DNA of 64,000 bases from Pseudohongiellaceae bacterium (GCA_047617605.1 JBLGBJ010000008.1:17866-81865); one strand, 5' to 3'. Positions 48,077 through 59,235 are shown, counted from the stretch's first letter. Numbers and translations: made by a program. The notes: a model not told the origin generated them from the sequence alone.

Positions 48077-48442
48077 TGACTTTGCTCCGTTTTATTGTAG
48101 TAGAAATGCACCCGCTAGGCGGAAAACGTGCACTGTTGAATACAGTAGTTAAATCTGTCTTTGAGGCTAGTTGTTTTCTGCCCAAAAATCAACTGCATAA
48201 TGACTGTGGCGTTTATAAAATACCTATATAAAATAGATACTTATATGCTCGGAGGTAAAAAGTAACACACTGTTACTACTTCGGTATTCAGGAGGCTGGA
48301 GGAGGTGGCCGCTAAGCGGCTTATCGGCTCCGTCGGGGGCTGGCCTTTCTTGCTAATCTGTCTGCGCTGGATTAGATTTCTTAATGTTATAATTTTCGAA
48401 GTCTTTGGTAATCTTTTACCCCTTAATAATTCTGGAGTTTGC

Positions 48443-50059
48443 ATGCGTTTCACGTTTTTTATGGTGATCAGTTTTAGTTTCTCTACTGTTTGGGCACAGC
48501 CGCTACCTCCCAATTCAGCCATGATCACGGAGTCAATGATCAGTATGGCAGAGCGCTCTAATTTTGAGAGGACTTCTACTTTCCAAGAAGTGGTCAATGT
48601 CATCGATGCGATAGATGCCAAAACCGACCTTATGCATCGTGAGGTTTTAGTGACGACAGTGCAGGGACGATCAGTTCCAATTGTGGTTTTGGCTAACCCG
48701 GCTGTCAACTCTCCAGCAGCGGCGAAGGCCAGCGGCAAACCAATAATCTATCTGCAGGGCAACATCCATGGCGCAGAAGTGGAAGGAAAGGAAGCTTCAT
48801 TGATTTTGATGAGAGATATTTTGTTTGGCGATAAAAAGCATCTGCTAAATAATCAGATCATTGTTTTTGTGCCTATCTACAATGCCGACGGCAATGATGA
48901 TATGACCGCAGATTCAAGGCCAAATCAGGAAATGAGCCCGCTGATGGCTGGCCAGCGTCACGCCCATGGCTACGATCTGAATCGAGATGGGATTGCATTA
49001 GAGGCCCCCGAAAGCGCAGCGCTAATGGAAAGGGTTATCCTGCGCTGGGATCCTGATTTGCTAGTAGATTTGCATACAACCAATGGCACTTGGCATGGCT
49101 ATTCACTTACCTATGCGCCTTCCTATCAGACTGCTGGCGACGGTGCGACGTCTGACTACACGGCCGATGTTATGCTGCCATCAATTAAAGGCACGGTGAA
49201 AGCTAAATTCGACCTGGACTTCAGCTGGTACGGTGGTTTTGACTACCGAGATTGGCCGCCTACGGAGTTGCGAACCTATCATCATGCGCCCAGATATTTG
49301 ACTAATCAGATGGGCCTGCGTAATCGTATGGCTATCTTGAGTGAAACGTTTTCCCATGATCGTTTCTATAAACGGATTCATGCCGCAAACGTTTTTATTG
49401 AAGAAATTTTGGAGTACACCGCTATTCACGGCGAAGAAATTCAGCGCATTAACCGGGCAGCGGATGAACGTGTTGCGGCCAGCGGTTTTGGGCAAGAGAA
49501 AGGGGTAGCTTTTCAAATGGTGCCTTTGGCTGAGCCATTAGATTTGCTCAGTTATAAATACATTCCCTTTGAAAAAGACAGCGGCGAAATTGATTTTGTA
49601 AGAAGCTCCGAATTGGTGGTTACCAAAGGGGTTTTAAACTACAACAGCTTCGAGGCAATTGTCACCGCGACAAAACCGGCTGCCTATGTGTTTTCTGCCG
49701 AGTTTACTGAGGTTGCGGCGAAACTTCGCGAACACGGTATTCCGGTTGAAGTTTTAATCAATGAGCAACTTTTTGTCGGACAGGCATTCTCTGTAGAGGA
49801 GGTGGCTAAGCAGAATTTTGTGCAAAACAACCATCAAAACTCGGTTCTACAGGGAGGTTTTCTGGCGGGGCAGAAAGAGTTCAGTGTTGGTGATTTTTAT
49901 GTGCCAATGAATCATCGGTTAGCGAATATGGCGTTTTATTTGTTGGAGCCACAAGCAGATGACGGGCTGGCGTATTGGAACTTTTTTGATGTTTACTTGG
50001 AGAGCGCTTTAGAGCAAGTCGATGCCGTTGATTACCCGGTGTTTAAGGTGATGCGCTGA
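48443..50059 (+). CDS. secreted M14-family zinc carboxypeptidase
   Basis: The ATG at 48443 has GGAG 5 nt upstream and opens a signal peptide (MRFTFFMVISFSFSTVWAQP). HxxE zinc motif GNIHGAEVEG, and a downstream DLHT region. The track ORF extends upstream to 48305. Confidence 0.85.
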   Translation: MRFTFFMVISFSFSTVWAQPLPPNSAMITESMISMAERSNFERTSTFQEVVNVIDAIDAKTDLMHREVLVTTVQGRSVPIVVLANPAVNSPAAAKASGKPIIYLQGNIHGAEVEGKEASLILMRDILFGDKKHLLNNQIIVFVPIYNADGNDDMTADSRPNQEMSPLMAGQRHAHGYDLNRDGIALEAPESAALMERVILRWDPDLLVDLHTTNGTWHGYSLTYAPSYQTAGDGATSDYTADVMLPSIKGTVKAKFDLDFSWYGGFDYRDWPPTELRTYHHAPRYLTNQMGLRNRMAILSETFSHDRFYKRIHAANVFIEEILEYTAIHGEEIQRINRAADERVAASGFGQEKGVAFQMVPLAEPLDLLSYKYIPFEKDSGEIDFVRSSELVVTKGVLNYNSFEAIVTATKPAAYVFSAEFTEVAAKLREHGIPVEVLINEQLFVGQAFSVEEVAKQNFVQNNHQNSVLQGGFLAGQKEFSVGDFYVPMNHRLANMAFYLLEPQADDGLAYWNFFDVYLESALEQVDAVDYPVFKVMR

Positions 50060-50094
50060 GAGAGCAGGTCAGTAGTGACGAAAAAGCATAGATA

Positions 50095-50450
50095 AGGTAG
50101 GAGAGGTGTCGAAGAAATTACCCCGGTGTCTCTCTTTGACGCTAAAACACTGCTCAGGCACTGCAACTGATTCATCTACGTCAGTCATAAATTTAATACC
50201 CGTATTTACAGTTTTGCCGTAACGCTATTGCTTGGTAAATAAAAAGTTGTAGGGCTAAACAAAGCAATTATCAGCGACCAGCCGTTGATAATTGGTTTGT
50301 AGTCGGCTAGCCCTTACATACTAATCAGTGTCAAAGGGTTTAATGCAAGGTAGGTGCTTGCGTAACTATGTTCAAATTCAGCTACTCGTTTAATTTCCAC
50401 GTCGCAGTAGTTACTCTGGCACCTCCTCAACTTGTTGGCGTTTGATTTTA
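50095..50450 (-). pseudogene. relic of the 3' end of a second Oar-like TonB-dependent receptor gene
   Basis: A 14-nt identity (TCATCTACGTCAGT, 50172-50185 vs 50563-50576) is flanked by codon-periodic similarity to the 3' end of the intact TBDR. The relic reads GKTVNTGIKFMTDVDESV against GRNTGIPFTTDVDDSV. Further upstream similarity is weaker (DVEIKRV vs DVDIRIQ), with stops and frame breaks. Confidence 0.45.
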
Positions 50451-50462
50451 GATATCTGTAAC

Positions 50463-50492
50463 AAAAAAAGGGACCCTAAGGCCCCTGTTTTT
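50463..50492 (-). terminator. Rho-independent terminator after the Oar-like TBDR
   Basis: AAAAAAAGGGACC-CTAA-GGCCCCTGTTTTTT. Imperfect GC stem with flanking A and T runs, 19 nt after the TBDR stop. Confidence 0.7.
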
Positions 50493-50510
50493 TGTTCTCG
50501 TTAGCGCTTA

Positions 50511-53500
50511 CTAGAAGCCGCCAAATTCGTAACGAATACCAGCTTGGATTCTCCAAACACTATCATCTACGTCAGTTGTAAATGGAATGCCTGTGTTTCT
50601 GCCGTTGCCCGGATTGAAGTTAGAATAAACAAACTGAGTTCGGTCTGCGCTTAACGCTGCATCCAAAATTGGAACTGCTTCAGCCACATCACCTACGTCA
50701 ACAAAGCGTTGAACATTTTCGCCGTCATCAAACAAGTTGAGAAGGTTTTCGATATCAAAGAAAAGCTTCAATTTGTGGTCGAAGCTTCCAGGAAGGCGAA
50801 TATCTTGCTGGATGCGGATATCTACGTCTGTGCTCCAGTCTTGTTCAAATTGGTTTCTGCCAGCAATGCCACCGGCATAGCTGTTTAAACCAGACTCTTC
50901 CAAGAATCTAAAAAAGTCACCAGACTGCCCAGACGCAACAAGCGCGCTCATATCAACCAAAGGATCGTTAGGTCCGGTAGGGACGTAGAACAAGTTACGT
51001 TCTTCGTTATCTGAATCACCGAATACGGTTGTCGGCGTGTTGTTGTCATAGGCATAGCTGAACGGACGACCTGAGCGGCGGCGAACGAACATGCCAACTT
51101 GTAGTGGTGTGCCTTCAGTCCAGTAGTGCTCAAAGTTCAATGATAAGACAAAGTTGTGCTCGTTAGCATACTGCGCTGGAGCCAATCGGTTTTGGTTGAT
51201 AATCGCTGTAGCGACTTCTTCAAAGCCAGAAGTTGCTGTTGAGCTTGTAATCGCATTACCGATAGTGGCATCTGTGTAAGCATAACCAAAACGAACATCT
51301 AGTGCAGAGTTAGCAGAGAAATCGAATGAACGATTTAGCTGAAACGAAACAGAGTGAGTTCGCCCGCTTACGCCGTTTGTTAGAAGTATGTCTTGGTCGT
51401 CACGGCCTGCATTACAAGCAGCAGAAACGTTACCGAAGCCTTGGCCAGGCGCGATAAACTGCGCATCACAGCCTGCCAGCAGAGGATCAACAGCAAAGAA
51501 TTGTGGACGTCCATCAGGCAAGAACTGCAGGTTGCCGCCGTCGTCAACTCGTTGAGTTAAAGTCAGGTCAAGGAACTCTGAAGCGTCTTGGGCGTCACTG
51601 TAGATGTAGTCACCTTGAACCTGCCAGCCGTTTAGGAAGTCATTGTTTGACTCAACAAACCAGTTGAAACCTAGATTCCAACGTTGCTGATGCGGAAGCT
51701 GGTAGCTCGGGTCAACCGCGTCGGCGCGGCCGGTGTTAAGTGCTGCCTGCGCTCGCTGTGCTTGCCCAATACAGCCAGGAATGCCAGTGAACGTGCCGCC
51801 CTGTAATACTTGCAAGTCTGCTGCAGCGCAGCTTCTCTCGTCACCAAAACCGATGGCGCCGCCAAAGTTTTGGAAAGCATTAGCGAAGTGAACTGTTGGA
51901 TCGCCACCTGAGAACAAGCCAAAGCCTGCTGTCACTTGCACCGGCCCAAACTGATCGAATGGCAGGTCGTAAGTCAAACCAAGGCGAGGCATCAACAAAT
52001 CTAAACCATCAAATGATTGGTCATTCCTAAAACCGTAACGCTGCTCGTAAACAGGGTTATTGATTGGACTATCGTCAGACGCATAAGTGTCATAACGAAG
52101 GCCCGCGACTACTTGTAGCGCATCAGTCGGCTGCCAAGTGTCTTGCAAGTAGAACGAGTGAATGTCTCTGCCGAATGCCGCGGCAGCGTCATTGATGTTG
52201 CCAGTGAAAGAGCCATTACCGTCAATTGCCTGAGCAGTACCAGCCTGAAGGGCAGCAATGTCAGCAAATTCGAGAGTGCCTGTGCCGTTAGCAACAAACA
52301 GGTTAAACACGTCCAATGAATCACGCTCATAACCTAGAGTAAAACGATGATCGTTCCAAGTGTAATGGCCAGCTATTTTAAGCTGATCTAAGTTGTACTG
52401 TAGGTCGTTGGCGCTGCGGAATGTGCCAGGGCCTGACGTCAATACCACGCTGCCAGCGCCGTCAAAGACTTCAATACGTGGAATGTTGCCGTCCTGAGCT
52501 TCGCCGCCGCCTAGTGGGCCTTGGCTGTCGATTACTTCAAGCTGTGAATAACGGAATTCGGTAGAGAAGTTGCTATTCCAGTCAGAAAACAAACGAAAAG
52601 ACATGGCTTCTTGGTCCGTGCCTTCAGCTTCAAAGTTGTCGCTGAAAGTGAAGCCGTTAAAACCGAAGTCATCTGCTTCTAAGTTTGATTCGGTAAGGTC
52701 TGTATAGGTAAGCTCGGCACGGTGAAAGTCATTAATGTTCCAATCCAGACGGGCGAAATAGCGCTCCGAAGTCTGGGGTAGGTTGCGCACAATACTGCCT
52801 GGATCACGGCCATATTGATTAATCAATATGTCGCGAACTCGGTTAGCATCGTCCACTGTAATAAACTGCTCATTGGCAAACCCGCCGCCGATAGGGCCGT
52901 TATTTTGAGCGGCGCCTTCGTCAGTTTCTTCGTATGATCCATAGAAGAAAAGTTTATCTTTGATGATTGGGCCGCCAAGTTCAGCACCCCAGTTTAGATC
53001 TTCGAAAGGCTCAGTGATCACAGTGTTTCCGTTTATCGTGTCACCTGTGCTGCTATCGTCGTTAAAGAGATAGAAAGTAGAACCTTGCCACTCATTGGTG
53101 CCAGACTTAGTCACAACATTGACGTTACAACCAGTGAAACGACCGTACTGGACATCAATCGGTGCGAACTCAACAGAGGCATTCGCCATGCTGTCAAAAG
53201 GAATAGGGAAAGTGTTTCGGGCTGAATTACCGGAAGCATTCAGACCAAAGCCGTCGGCAGAGGCTACGCCGTCGATAGTAAATGAATTAGAACGGTTGCT
53301 GCCCCCTAGACATGACACGCCAAATCCGTTGCCGCCAGCTGCGCGGCCAACACCAACACGTGGGTCGAGTCGGATAATGTCGCGAACTTGTCGGCTAATA
53401 GAGGGAAGTGCACTTATCTGACCGAGGTCGAAAGAACTGCTTGGCCCAATGGCCAGATTTGCTGATCGCACTGCTGAAGCGATAACAACAATTTCTTCGA

Positions 53501-53891
53501 TGCCAGCTGAGATGTTTTCAAGCGCTACATTAAAGTTTACAGCACCAGAAAGGGTGGTGAAGACATCAGTAATAGTAGTGCTCTGATAGCTGCCAGATGA
53601 AATGCTGATTGTATAGGGGCCGCCAACTGTAAGGTTACGGACGTTAAAGTTGCCGCTGTCGTTGGTTGAAACTCTTCGATTCGATCCAGTCCTGGTATCG
53701 GTCACAACAACTGAGGCGCCTGATTCGGCACTGCCAGATGGATCTGTCACAGTTCCTCTAACGGAACCTGTGATTTCCTGCGCATTTAGTGCGCCAGGGA
53801 GGGTAAGCAACAGCATTGCCGCTAACAGTGCTTTGCCAAAAAAGGCAAATACATTCTGTGAAGAATGTGGGGATATAAATGCGCTTTGCAT
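50511..53891 (-). CDS. TonB-dependent receptor, Oar-like, with N-terminal CarboxypepD_reg domain
   Basis: 1126 aa. Signal peptide, carboxypeptidase-regulatory-like beta-sandwich (ITGSVRGTVTDPSGS...TNDSGNFNVRNLTVGGPYTI), plug and a very large barrel, and terminal ...IRYEFGGF. Confidence 0.9.
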   Translation of the reverse strand: MQSAFISPHSSQNVFAFFGKALLAAMLLLTLPGALNAQEITGSVRGTVTDPSGSAESGASVVVTDTRTGSNRRVSTNDSGNFNVRNLTVGGPYTISISSGSYQSTTITDVFTTLSGAVNFNVALENISAGIEEIVVIASAVRSANLAIGPSSSFDLGQISALPSISRQVRDIIRLDPRVGVGRAAGGNGFGVSCLGGSNRSNSFTIDGVASADGFGLNASGNSARNTFPIPFDSMANASVEFAPIDVQYGRFTGCNVNVVTKSGTNEWQGSTFYLFNDDSSTGDTINGNTVITEPFEDLNWGAELGGPIIKDKLFFYGSYEETDEGAAQNNGPIGGGFANEQFITVDDANRVRDILINQYGRDPGSIVRNLPQTSERYFARLDWNINDFHRAELTYTDLTESNLEADDFGFNGFTFSDNFEAEGTDQEAMSFRLFSDWNSNFSTEFRYSQLEVIDSQGPLGGGEAQDGNIPRIEVFDGAGSVVLTSGPGTFRSANDLQYNLDQLKIAGHYTWNDHRFTLGYERDSLDVFNLFVANGTGTLEFADIAALQAGTAQAIDGNGSFTGNINDAAAAFGRDIHSFYLQDTWQPTDALQVVAGLRYDTYASDDSPINNPVYEQRYGFRNDQSFDGLDLLMPRLGLTYDLPFDQFGPVQVTAGFGLFSGGDPTVHFANAFQNFGGAIGFGDERSCAAADLQVLQGGTFTGIPGCIGQAQRAQAALNTGRADAVDPSYQLPHQQRWNLGFNWFVESNNDFLNGWQVQGDYIYSDAQDASEFLDLTLTQRVDDGGNLQFLPDGRPQFFAVDPLLAGCDAQFIAPGQGFGNVSAACNAGRDDQDILLTNGVSGRTHSVSFQLNRSFDFSANSALDVRFGYAYTDATIGNAITSSTATSGFEEVATAIINQNRLAPAQYANEHNFVLSLNFEHYWTEGTPLQVGMFVRRRSGRPFSYAYDNNTPTTVFGDSDNEERNLFYVPTGPNDPLVDMSALVASGQSGDFFRFLEESGLNSYAGGIAGRNQFEQDWSTDVDIRIQQDIRLPGSFDHKLKLFFDIENLLNLFDDGENVQRFVDVGDVAEAVPILDAALSADRTQFVYSNFNPGNGRNTGIPFTTDVDDSVWRIQAGIRYEFGGF

Positions 53892-54280
53892 TGTCTAACT
53901 CCGGTTGTTCATAAAAGCGCATATTATCATTGAGAAATGTGACAAAGATATTGCTAATCACCCAATTCAATTGGGCCAGACCCATTGATTTTCCTCGATT
54001 ATCCCGCAAGTTTATGAAATAAATGGAATAATCCCGTTGGCTATCTTTTTCATTATTTCCATATCATATAAAAAGTAGAAATTTAAGCAGGTGTTAATAG
54101 CCTGACGGCAGTCATTTTTCCGATGTGTTGCTCTGATATCCTAAAATGATTCAGTGCTTTAAAAAAAGCGCTAAAGACCCATTTTCGCCAATAGGTCTTT
54201 TGAATAAGGATTCGATTACTCTCGCTAGTGACCGCTGTGCGAGCCGAGAGGGCGCCGAGGGGCGATTTTTTTGGCGGGAA

Positions 54281-54325
54281 GCAGGCAGAAGTAGTGCAGG
54301 TAGAAGTAGTGCAGGTAGAAGTAGA
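54281..54325. repeat. 15-nt tandem repeat x3
   Basis: GCAGGCAGAAGTAGT GCAGGTAGAAGTAGT GCAGGTAGAAGTAGA, in the gap between the TBDR and uvrA. Confidence 0.9.
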
Positions 54326-54484
54326 AGCGGCAGCCAGCGGAGGATTAACTGTGACCGCTAATACCCTTTTCTATCTGTTGAGGCCCTATTCCTTCTTTCA
54401 CCCGGCGGGGGATAAATCCGTACCGCCGAGCGTTTTCAGAACAGACCGTTAGCAAATCAATAGCGGTCAAAACCCCCGTTTACA

Positions 54485-57346
54485 TTAAGTTTTCTTGTTA
54501 GCAGCAAGAATCTTCTTAATATAGGTGCCAGTATGGGATTTTTTAGATTCTGCAACGTCCTCAGGGGTGCCTTGGGCGATAATTTTGCCGCCGCCACTGC
54601 CGCCTTCCGGACCTAAGTCGACTATCCAGTCAGCAGTTTTAATAACATCTAAGTTGTGTTCTATAACTATGATTGTATTGCCTTGATCGCGCAGATGATG
54701 AAGCACGGCCAATAGTTGCTTGATGTCGTGAAAATGTAAGCCGGTGGTTGGTTCGTCGAGGATGTATAGGGTCTTGCCGGTGTCTCGTTTTGACAGCTCA
54801 CGGGATAGTTTAACCCGTTGAGCTTCGCCTCCTGAGAGTGTCGTTGCAGCTTGTCCTAGGCAGACATAAGAGAGGCCTACCTCTATCAAGGTTTGCAGCT
54901 TTCGTGCAATGGCAGGCACAGGATCAAAGAACACCCGAGCGTCTTCTATAGTCATGTCTAGCACTTCGTTGATGTTCTTACCTTTATAGCGAACTTCTAA
55001 AGTCTCACGGTTATATCGTTTGCCACGGCAAACATCGCAGGAAACGTAAACGTCTGGCAGAAAGTGCATTTCAACTTTTACCATGCCGTCACCCTGGCAG
55101 GCTTCGCAGCGACCACCCTTAACATTAAAGCTAAAGCGCCCAGGTTTATAGCCTCGAGTTCTTGCTTCTTGGGTGCCAGCAAACAGTTCGCGCACAGGGG
55201 TAAAGATTCCAGTGTAAGTAGCTGGGTTCGATCTTGGCGTGCGGCCAATTGGGCTCTGATCAATATCGACAACTTTATCCAACGCATCGATGCCTTTTAT
55301 CTCGTCATAGGCAGCAGGCGTAAGGGTGGTTGCATTGTTTAGTTTAGTGGCGGCAATGGGATATAGCGTGCTGTTGATCAGTGTTGATTTACCCGAGCCT
55401 GAAACACCGGTGATACAAGTGAATAGTCCGATTGGAATGCTTAAATTGACGTTTTGAAGATTATTGCCATTAGCACCCAGGAGTTCTAAGGTTTTGCCTT
55501 CTTTGTTAACGGTTCGCAGAGCTGGAATCGCTATCGATTCAACACCTGAGAGATACTTACCTGTTAGCGAGCGTTTTGACTTCTTGATGTCCTCGACAGT
55601 GCCTTGCGCAACTATTTCACCGCCATGGACGCCAGCGCCAGGACCAATATCAATTATGTGGTCTGCGTTGCAAATAGCTTCTTCATCGTGCTCAACCACT
55701 ATCACGGTGTTGCCTAAATCTCGCAGATGAAACAGAGTATTCAGAAGACGGTCATTATCCCGCTGGTGAAGGCCGATAGAAGGCTCGTCAAGTATGTACA
55801 TAACTCCCACCAGGCCAGCACCAATCTGGCTGGCTAGGCGAATGCGCTGTGCTTCACCACCTGACAGTGTGTCTGCGCTGCGGCTCAAGGTAAGGTAGTT
55901 AAGGCCAACATCTACTAAGAATTTCAATCTGTCTTGCAGTTCTTTTAGGATTTTGTCAGCGATCTTTGCTTTAGTGCCTGTAAGCTTGAGTTTACGAAAG
56001 TAATCGGAGGACTGTGCCACTGTCATCTCGGTGATGCCTGGCAGATTCAATCCTTTCAGTAAAACAAAGCGGGCATCCTTTTTAAGCCGGGTGCCTGCGC
56101 AGTCCGGACATGACTGCGAGCTAAGATATTTAGACAGTTCCTCGCGCACATGGTTCGACTCGGTCTCTCTATACCGACGCTCCATATTAGGTAGAATTCC
56201 CTCAAACGGATAGCTTCTGGTTACTGTGTCACCACGGTCATTGACGTAGTGAAAGTCGACCACTTCCTTGCCACTGCCGTTTAGAATATAGCTTCGATGT
56301 TTTTGAGAAAGCTCCTCAAATGGGACGTCCACGCTAAAGCCGTAATGCTTGGACAGGGAGTTAAGCATTTGGAAATAGTAAATATTACGCCGATCCCAGC
56401 CGCGAATTGCGCCTTCAGCAAGGGCTAGGGCTTCGTCTACTACTATTCGTGATTCATCAAAAAACTGCTTTAAACCAAGTCCGTCACAGCCGGTGCAGGC
56501 TCCAGCGGGATTGTTAAAGGAGAACAGTCTTGGTTCTAGCTCAGAAATACTGTGGCCGCATTGAGGGCAGGCGAATAACGAGGAGAAGACTAGATCTTCA
56601 GTCTCGTCTTTTTTGCCTTTCTTGTCATCCTCGTCCATAAAACTGACCACCGCTAAACCGTCGGCAAGCTGGATTGCGGTCTCAAAACTTTCAGCTAAAC
56701 GCTGTTCTAAGCCTGGTTTGATTTTCAGGCGGTCGATGACAACATCGATAGAATGTTTCTTATTTTTTTCAAGCTCGGGCGGATACTCAATCTCGCAGAC
56801 TAAGCCGTCTACTCTTGCGCGAATAAATCCGCTGCTGCGAAGTTCGCTAAACACATGTAAATGTTCGCCTTTCCTCTCTCTGATCATAGGCGCTAGCACC
56901 ATGATTCGAGAATCGTCTGGGAGAGCCATGACCTTGTCTACCATTTGGCTGACCGTTTGTGCTTCTAGTTTGACGTTGTGTTCAGGGCAGTGAGGATCGC
57001 CGACCCTAGCGAACAACAGCCTCAGGTAATCATAGATCTCGGTAATTGTGCCGACGGTTGACCTCGGATTATGAGAGGTCGATTTTTGTTCTATAGAAAT
57101 AGCCGGTGATAGACCCTCAATATGATCAATATCGGGCTTTTCCATCATCGACAAAAACTGCCGTGCATAGGTAGACAGAGACTCTACATAGCGCCGCTGG
57201 CCCTCTGCATAAAGTGTATCGAACGCCAAAGACGATTTCCCTGAGCCAGATAGGCCAGTGATAACCACAAGTTTATCTCGCGGAATCGTTACGTTGATGT
57301 TTTTCAGATTATGGGTGCGTGCACCACGTACAACAATCTTATCCAT
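54485..57346 (-). CDS. uvrA: excinuclease ABC subunit A
   Basis: The ATG at 57346 ([17 protein letters not shown]...) matches the canonical UvrA N-terminus. Two ABC modules ([18 protein letters not shown]), zinc-finger Cys clusters and LSGGEAQR signatures. The track ORF starts 42 nt further upstream. Confidence 0.95.
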   Translation of the reverse strand: MDKIVVRGARTHNLKNINVTIPRDKLVVITGLSGSGKSSLAFDTLYAEGQRRYVESLSTYARQFLSMMEKPDIDHIEGLSPAISIEQKSTSHNPRSTVGTITEIYDYLRLLFARVGDPHCPEHNVKLEAQTVSQMVDKVMALPDDSRIMVLAPMIRERKGEHLHVFSELRSSGFIRARVDGLVCEIEYPPELEKNKKHSIDVVIDRLKIKPGLEQRLAESFETAIQLADGLAVVSFMDEDDKKGKKDETEDLVFSSLFACPQCGHSISELEPRLFSFNNPAGACTGCDGLGLKQFFDESRIVVDEALALAEGAIRGWDRRNIYYFQMLNSLSKHYGFSVDVPFEELSQKHRSYILNGSGKEVVDFHYVNDRGDTVTRSYPFEGILPNMERRYRETESNHVREELSKYLSSQSCPDCAGTRLKKDARFVLLKGLNLPGITEMTVAQSSDYFRKLKLTGTKAKIADKILKELQDRLKFLVDVGLNYLTLSRSADTLSGGEAQRIRLASQIGAGLVGVMYILDEPSIGLHQRDNDRLLNTLFHLRDLGNTVIVVEHDEEAICNADHIIDIGPGAGVHGGEIVAQGTVEDIKKSKRSLTGKYLSGVESIAIPALRTVNKEGKTLELLGANGNNLQNVNLSIPIGLFTCITGVSGSGKSTLINSTLYPIAATKLNNATTLTPAAYDEIKGIDALDKVVDIDQSPIGRTPRSNPATYTGIFTPVRELFAGTQEARTRGYKPGRFSFNVKGGRCEACQGDGMVKVEMHFLPDVYVSCDVCRGKRYNRETLEVRYKGKNINEVLDMTIEDARVFFDPVPAIARKLQTLIEVGLSYVCLGQAATTLSGGEAQRVKLSRELSKRDTGKTLYILDEPTTGLHFHDIKQLLAVLHHLRDQGNTIIVIEHNLDVIKTADWIVDLGPEGGSGGGKIIAQGTPEDVAESKKSHTGTYIKKILAANKKT

Positions 57347-57520
57347 GCAGGTCTCGGTTGGAATGGGGAAACCGGGTATTATCTTCAATTACAACGCTTA
57401 GAGCAAAGGTCCTGACTCTTTGTTGTGTCTTTATAGTTAATTTGCTGGAAAATTTCTCAAGCCAGCGGCCATGAGTTAGACTTATACGTGTATAGGTAAA
57501 TCAAATTTGAGGGGGTCAGT

Positions 57521-58015
57521 GTGGCAAGTCGAGGCGTTAATAAAGTAATTCTGGTGGGTAATGTTGGTAATGACCCTGAAGTTAGGTACATGCCTAATGG
57601 CAACGCCGTGGCTAATGTCTCTATTGCGACGAGTGAGACTTGGAAAGACAAAGGCAACGGTGAGCAGCAAGAAAAAACCGAATGGCATCGAGTAGTTTTC
57701 TTTAATCGCCTAGCCGAAATTGTCGAGCAATATATTAAAAAAGGCAGCAAGCTCTATTTAGAGGGCCGCCTGCAGACTCGTCAATGGGAACAGGATGGAG
57801 TTAAGCGTTATACGACGGAAATCGTGGCTAGTGAAATGCAGATGCTAGATTCTCGCGGCGGCGGTGCAATGGAGCAGGGTGGCGGAAATTCCTTCGGCCA
57901 GTCTCAGCAACCACAAAAGTCATCACAAAGCGCCCCGCAATCAGCGCCTCAAGCGGCTTCTGGGCAGGCAGCGCCATCAAATTTTGATAATTTTGACGAC
58001 GACATCCCATTCTAA
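57521..58015 (+). CDS. ssb: single-stranded DNA-binding protein
   Basis: 164 aa with a GTG start after [22 protein letters not shown]-fold start, a Gly/Gln-rich linker, and the acidic tail DDDIPF. Divergent from uvrA, as in enterobacteria. Confidence 0.95.
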   Translation: MASRGVNKVILVGNVGNDPEVRYMPNGNAVANVSIATSETWKDKGNGEQQEKTEWHRVVFFNRLAEIVEQYIKKGSKLYLEGRLQTRQWEQDGVKRYTTEIVASEMQMLDSRGGGAMEQGGGNSFGQSQQPQKSSQSAPQSAPQAASGQAAPSNFDNFDDDIPF

Positions 58016-58049
58016 GCGCCGTTAAACCTTAAAAAGCCTAAAAGAAAAA

Positions 58050-58072
58050 GGGGCCGCCACTCGGCGGTCCCC
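58050..58072 (+). terminator. probable Rho-independent terminator after ssb
   Basis: GC-rich stem GGGGCCGCC-ACTC-GGCGGTCCCC with one bulge, followed by a weak T-rich tract. Confidence 0.55.
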
Positions 58073-58245
58073 TCTATTTCCAGCGAGAATCCCAGAGAAT
58101 TCCCTGTATTTGGTGGAAAGCACTTGATGAAAAACACGTCTCGACAGCAGAACAACGCTTGACTTACACCTCTTATTGACCGAAGTTAATATTCCCTTAT
58201 TAATAGCCTATGTTGTTAATCTACTTAGATAAATAGGATTTGTGT

Positions 58246-59148
58246 GTGAAGCTGTTTCTGGTTGGTGTGAACAGCCCTACAGGAAAAGAATTGGTCGAAA
58301 TCCTACGCCGTCGTAAGATTCGATTTTTGGCGCCTGCGGATAAGCATTTTGAGCAAGGCAATGAAGTTGCTATCGCCAAAATGATCACTGACTACGATCC
58401 TGATCAGCTCATCAATATGGCAGATTTTATCTCAGGTAATCACAGCGCCCTGAACAGGGCAGAGAAAGTCCAAGATCGCTGCTACCGAATAAATACTTAC
58501 CTGCCTGCCGCACTATCAGAAATCTGTAATCATCTGAATGTCCCGATGATCCATCTTTCAAATCCTTATGTCTTTGATGGCGAGAAGCGCTTAGGCTATA
58601 ACGAAAATGATGAGCCTAATCCGATTGGTGTCTACGGTATTGCGTCTTTGCAAGGGGAGTTAGCAGTTCAGCAACATGCCTCTCATGTGATTATTAGGTC
58701 TGGGTGGTTGTTTGGCAAACATAAGAAAGGTCTTATTAAATCCTGGATTCGTTCGGCTATTAAAAGCGACGGTCAGCTGCAAGTGCAGCGGCGAAGATTT
58801 AGTCCCACCCATACTGGTGATTTAGCGGCGGCGATTTTAGCTATAGCCCAACAGATTGATTGTGCTGCAAATGTTTGGGGGCTTTACCATTACAGTGGTT
58901 TGGAAACTAAAACCGAAAGTGAGTTTGCCGAGCAGACGTTAAAATACGCCGCTAATCATGACGAGCAGATTTATCAGTTATTGGATAATAAAAAAATTAT
59001 AGAGCGCGACGTGCGTTCACCGGAAATTCACAGCGCAACACTTTCAAGTAAAAAGATATCTGACACGTTTGGGATTAAGCAAAAGTCATGGCATGGAGAC
59101 CTTAAGGAAACCGTGAAATCTTTGTATGCCAATAAAAATAAATCTTAG
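58246..59148 (+). CDS. RmlD-substrate-binding-domain protein (dTDP-4-dehydrorhamnose reductase-like), degenerate Rossmann motif
   Basis: About 300 aa. I prefer the GTG at 58246, which has AGGA 7 nt upstream. Overall RmlD-like layout (PMIHLSNPYVFDG, VIIRSGWLFG), but the N-terminal glycine motif reads LVGVNSPTGKEL rather than GxxGxxG. Confidence 0.55.
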   Translation: MKLFLVGVNSPTGKELVEILRRRKIRFLAPADKHFEQGNEVAIAKMITDYDPDQLINMADFISGNHSALNRAEKVQDRCYRINTYLPAALSEICNHLNVPMIHLSNPYVFDGEKRLGYNENDEPNPIGVYGIASLQGELAVQQHASHVIIRSGWLFGKHKKGLIKSWIRSAIKSDGQLQVQRRRFSPTHTGDLAAAILAIAQQIDCAANVWGLYHYSGLETKTESEFAEQTLKYAANHDEQIYQLLDNKKIIERDVRSPEIHSATLSSKKISDTFGIKQKSWHGDLKETVKSLYANKNKS

Positions 59149-59235
59149 AAATTAATCTGCACCGCTTTATCTGATAGTGAAGTGCAATCTTAGTTCTTAA
59201 TTTTAATTAGAGTACCAAGAGTAGACCGCTCAATC

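Noticed and set aside
48077-48300. Possible Moco riboswitch or attenuator in the leader of the molybdoenzyme operon. The minus strand contains ACCUCCGAGC, and a hairpin AGTAACA-GTG-TGTTACT is followed by a T5 run at 48257-48277.
   Set aside because: I cannot reconstruct the Moco-motif consensus reliably from memory. The intervening 150 nt is AT-rich and promoter-like rather than structured. The terminator-like hairpin lies upstream of the likely promoter. It needs cmsearch with RF01055, so it is not reported as a feature.
54146-54452. ORFs 54146-54361 and 54228-54452, and a Cys/Thr/Ser-rich minus-strand reading (STSTCTTSTCTTSAC) that briefly looked like a lanthipeptide-type precursor
   Set aside because: All three are by-products of the 15-nt tandem repeat. 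The minus-strand frame has no ATG, GTG or TTG start and no SD. No modification enzyme genes (LanB/C/M, radical SAM, YcaO) lie anywhere nearby.
57389-57520. Expected LexA (SOS) box in the divergent uvrA-ssb promoter region
   Set aside because: I found no CTGT-N8-ACAG match. The nearest candidate, CTGGAAAATTTCTCAAG, lacks the distal CAG at the right spacing. The regulator site may differ in this lineage, so no feature is reported.
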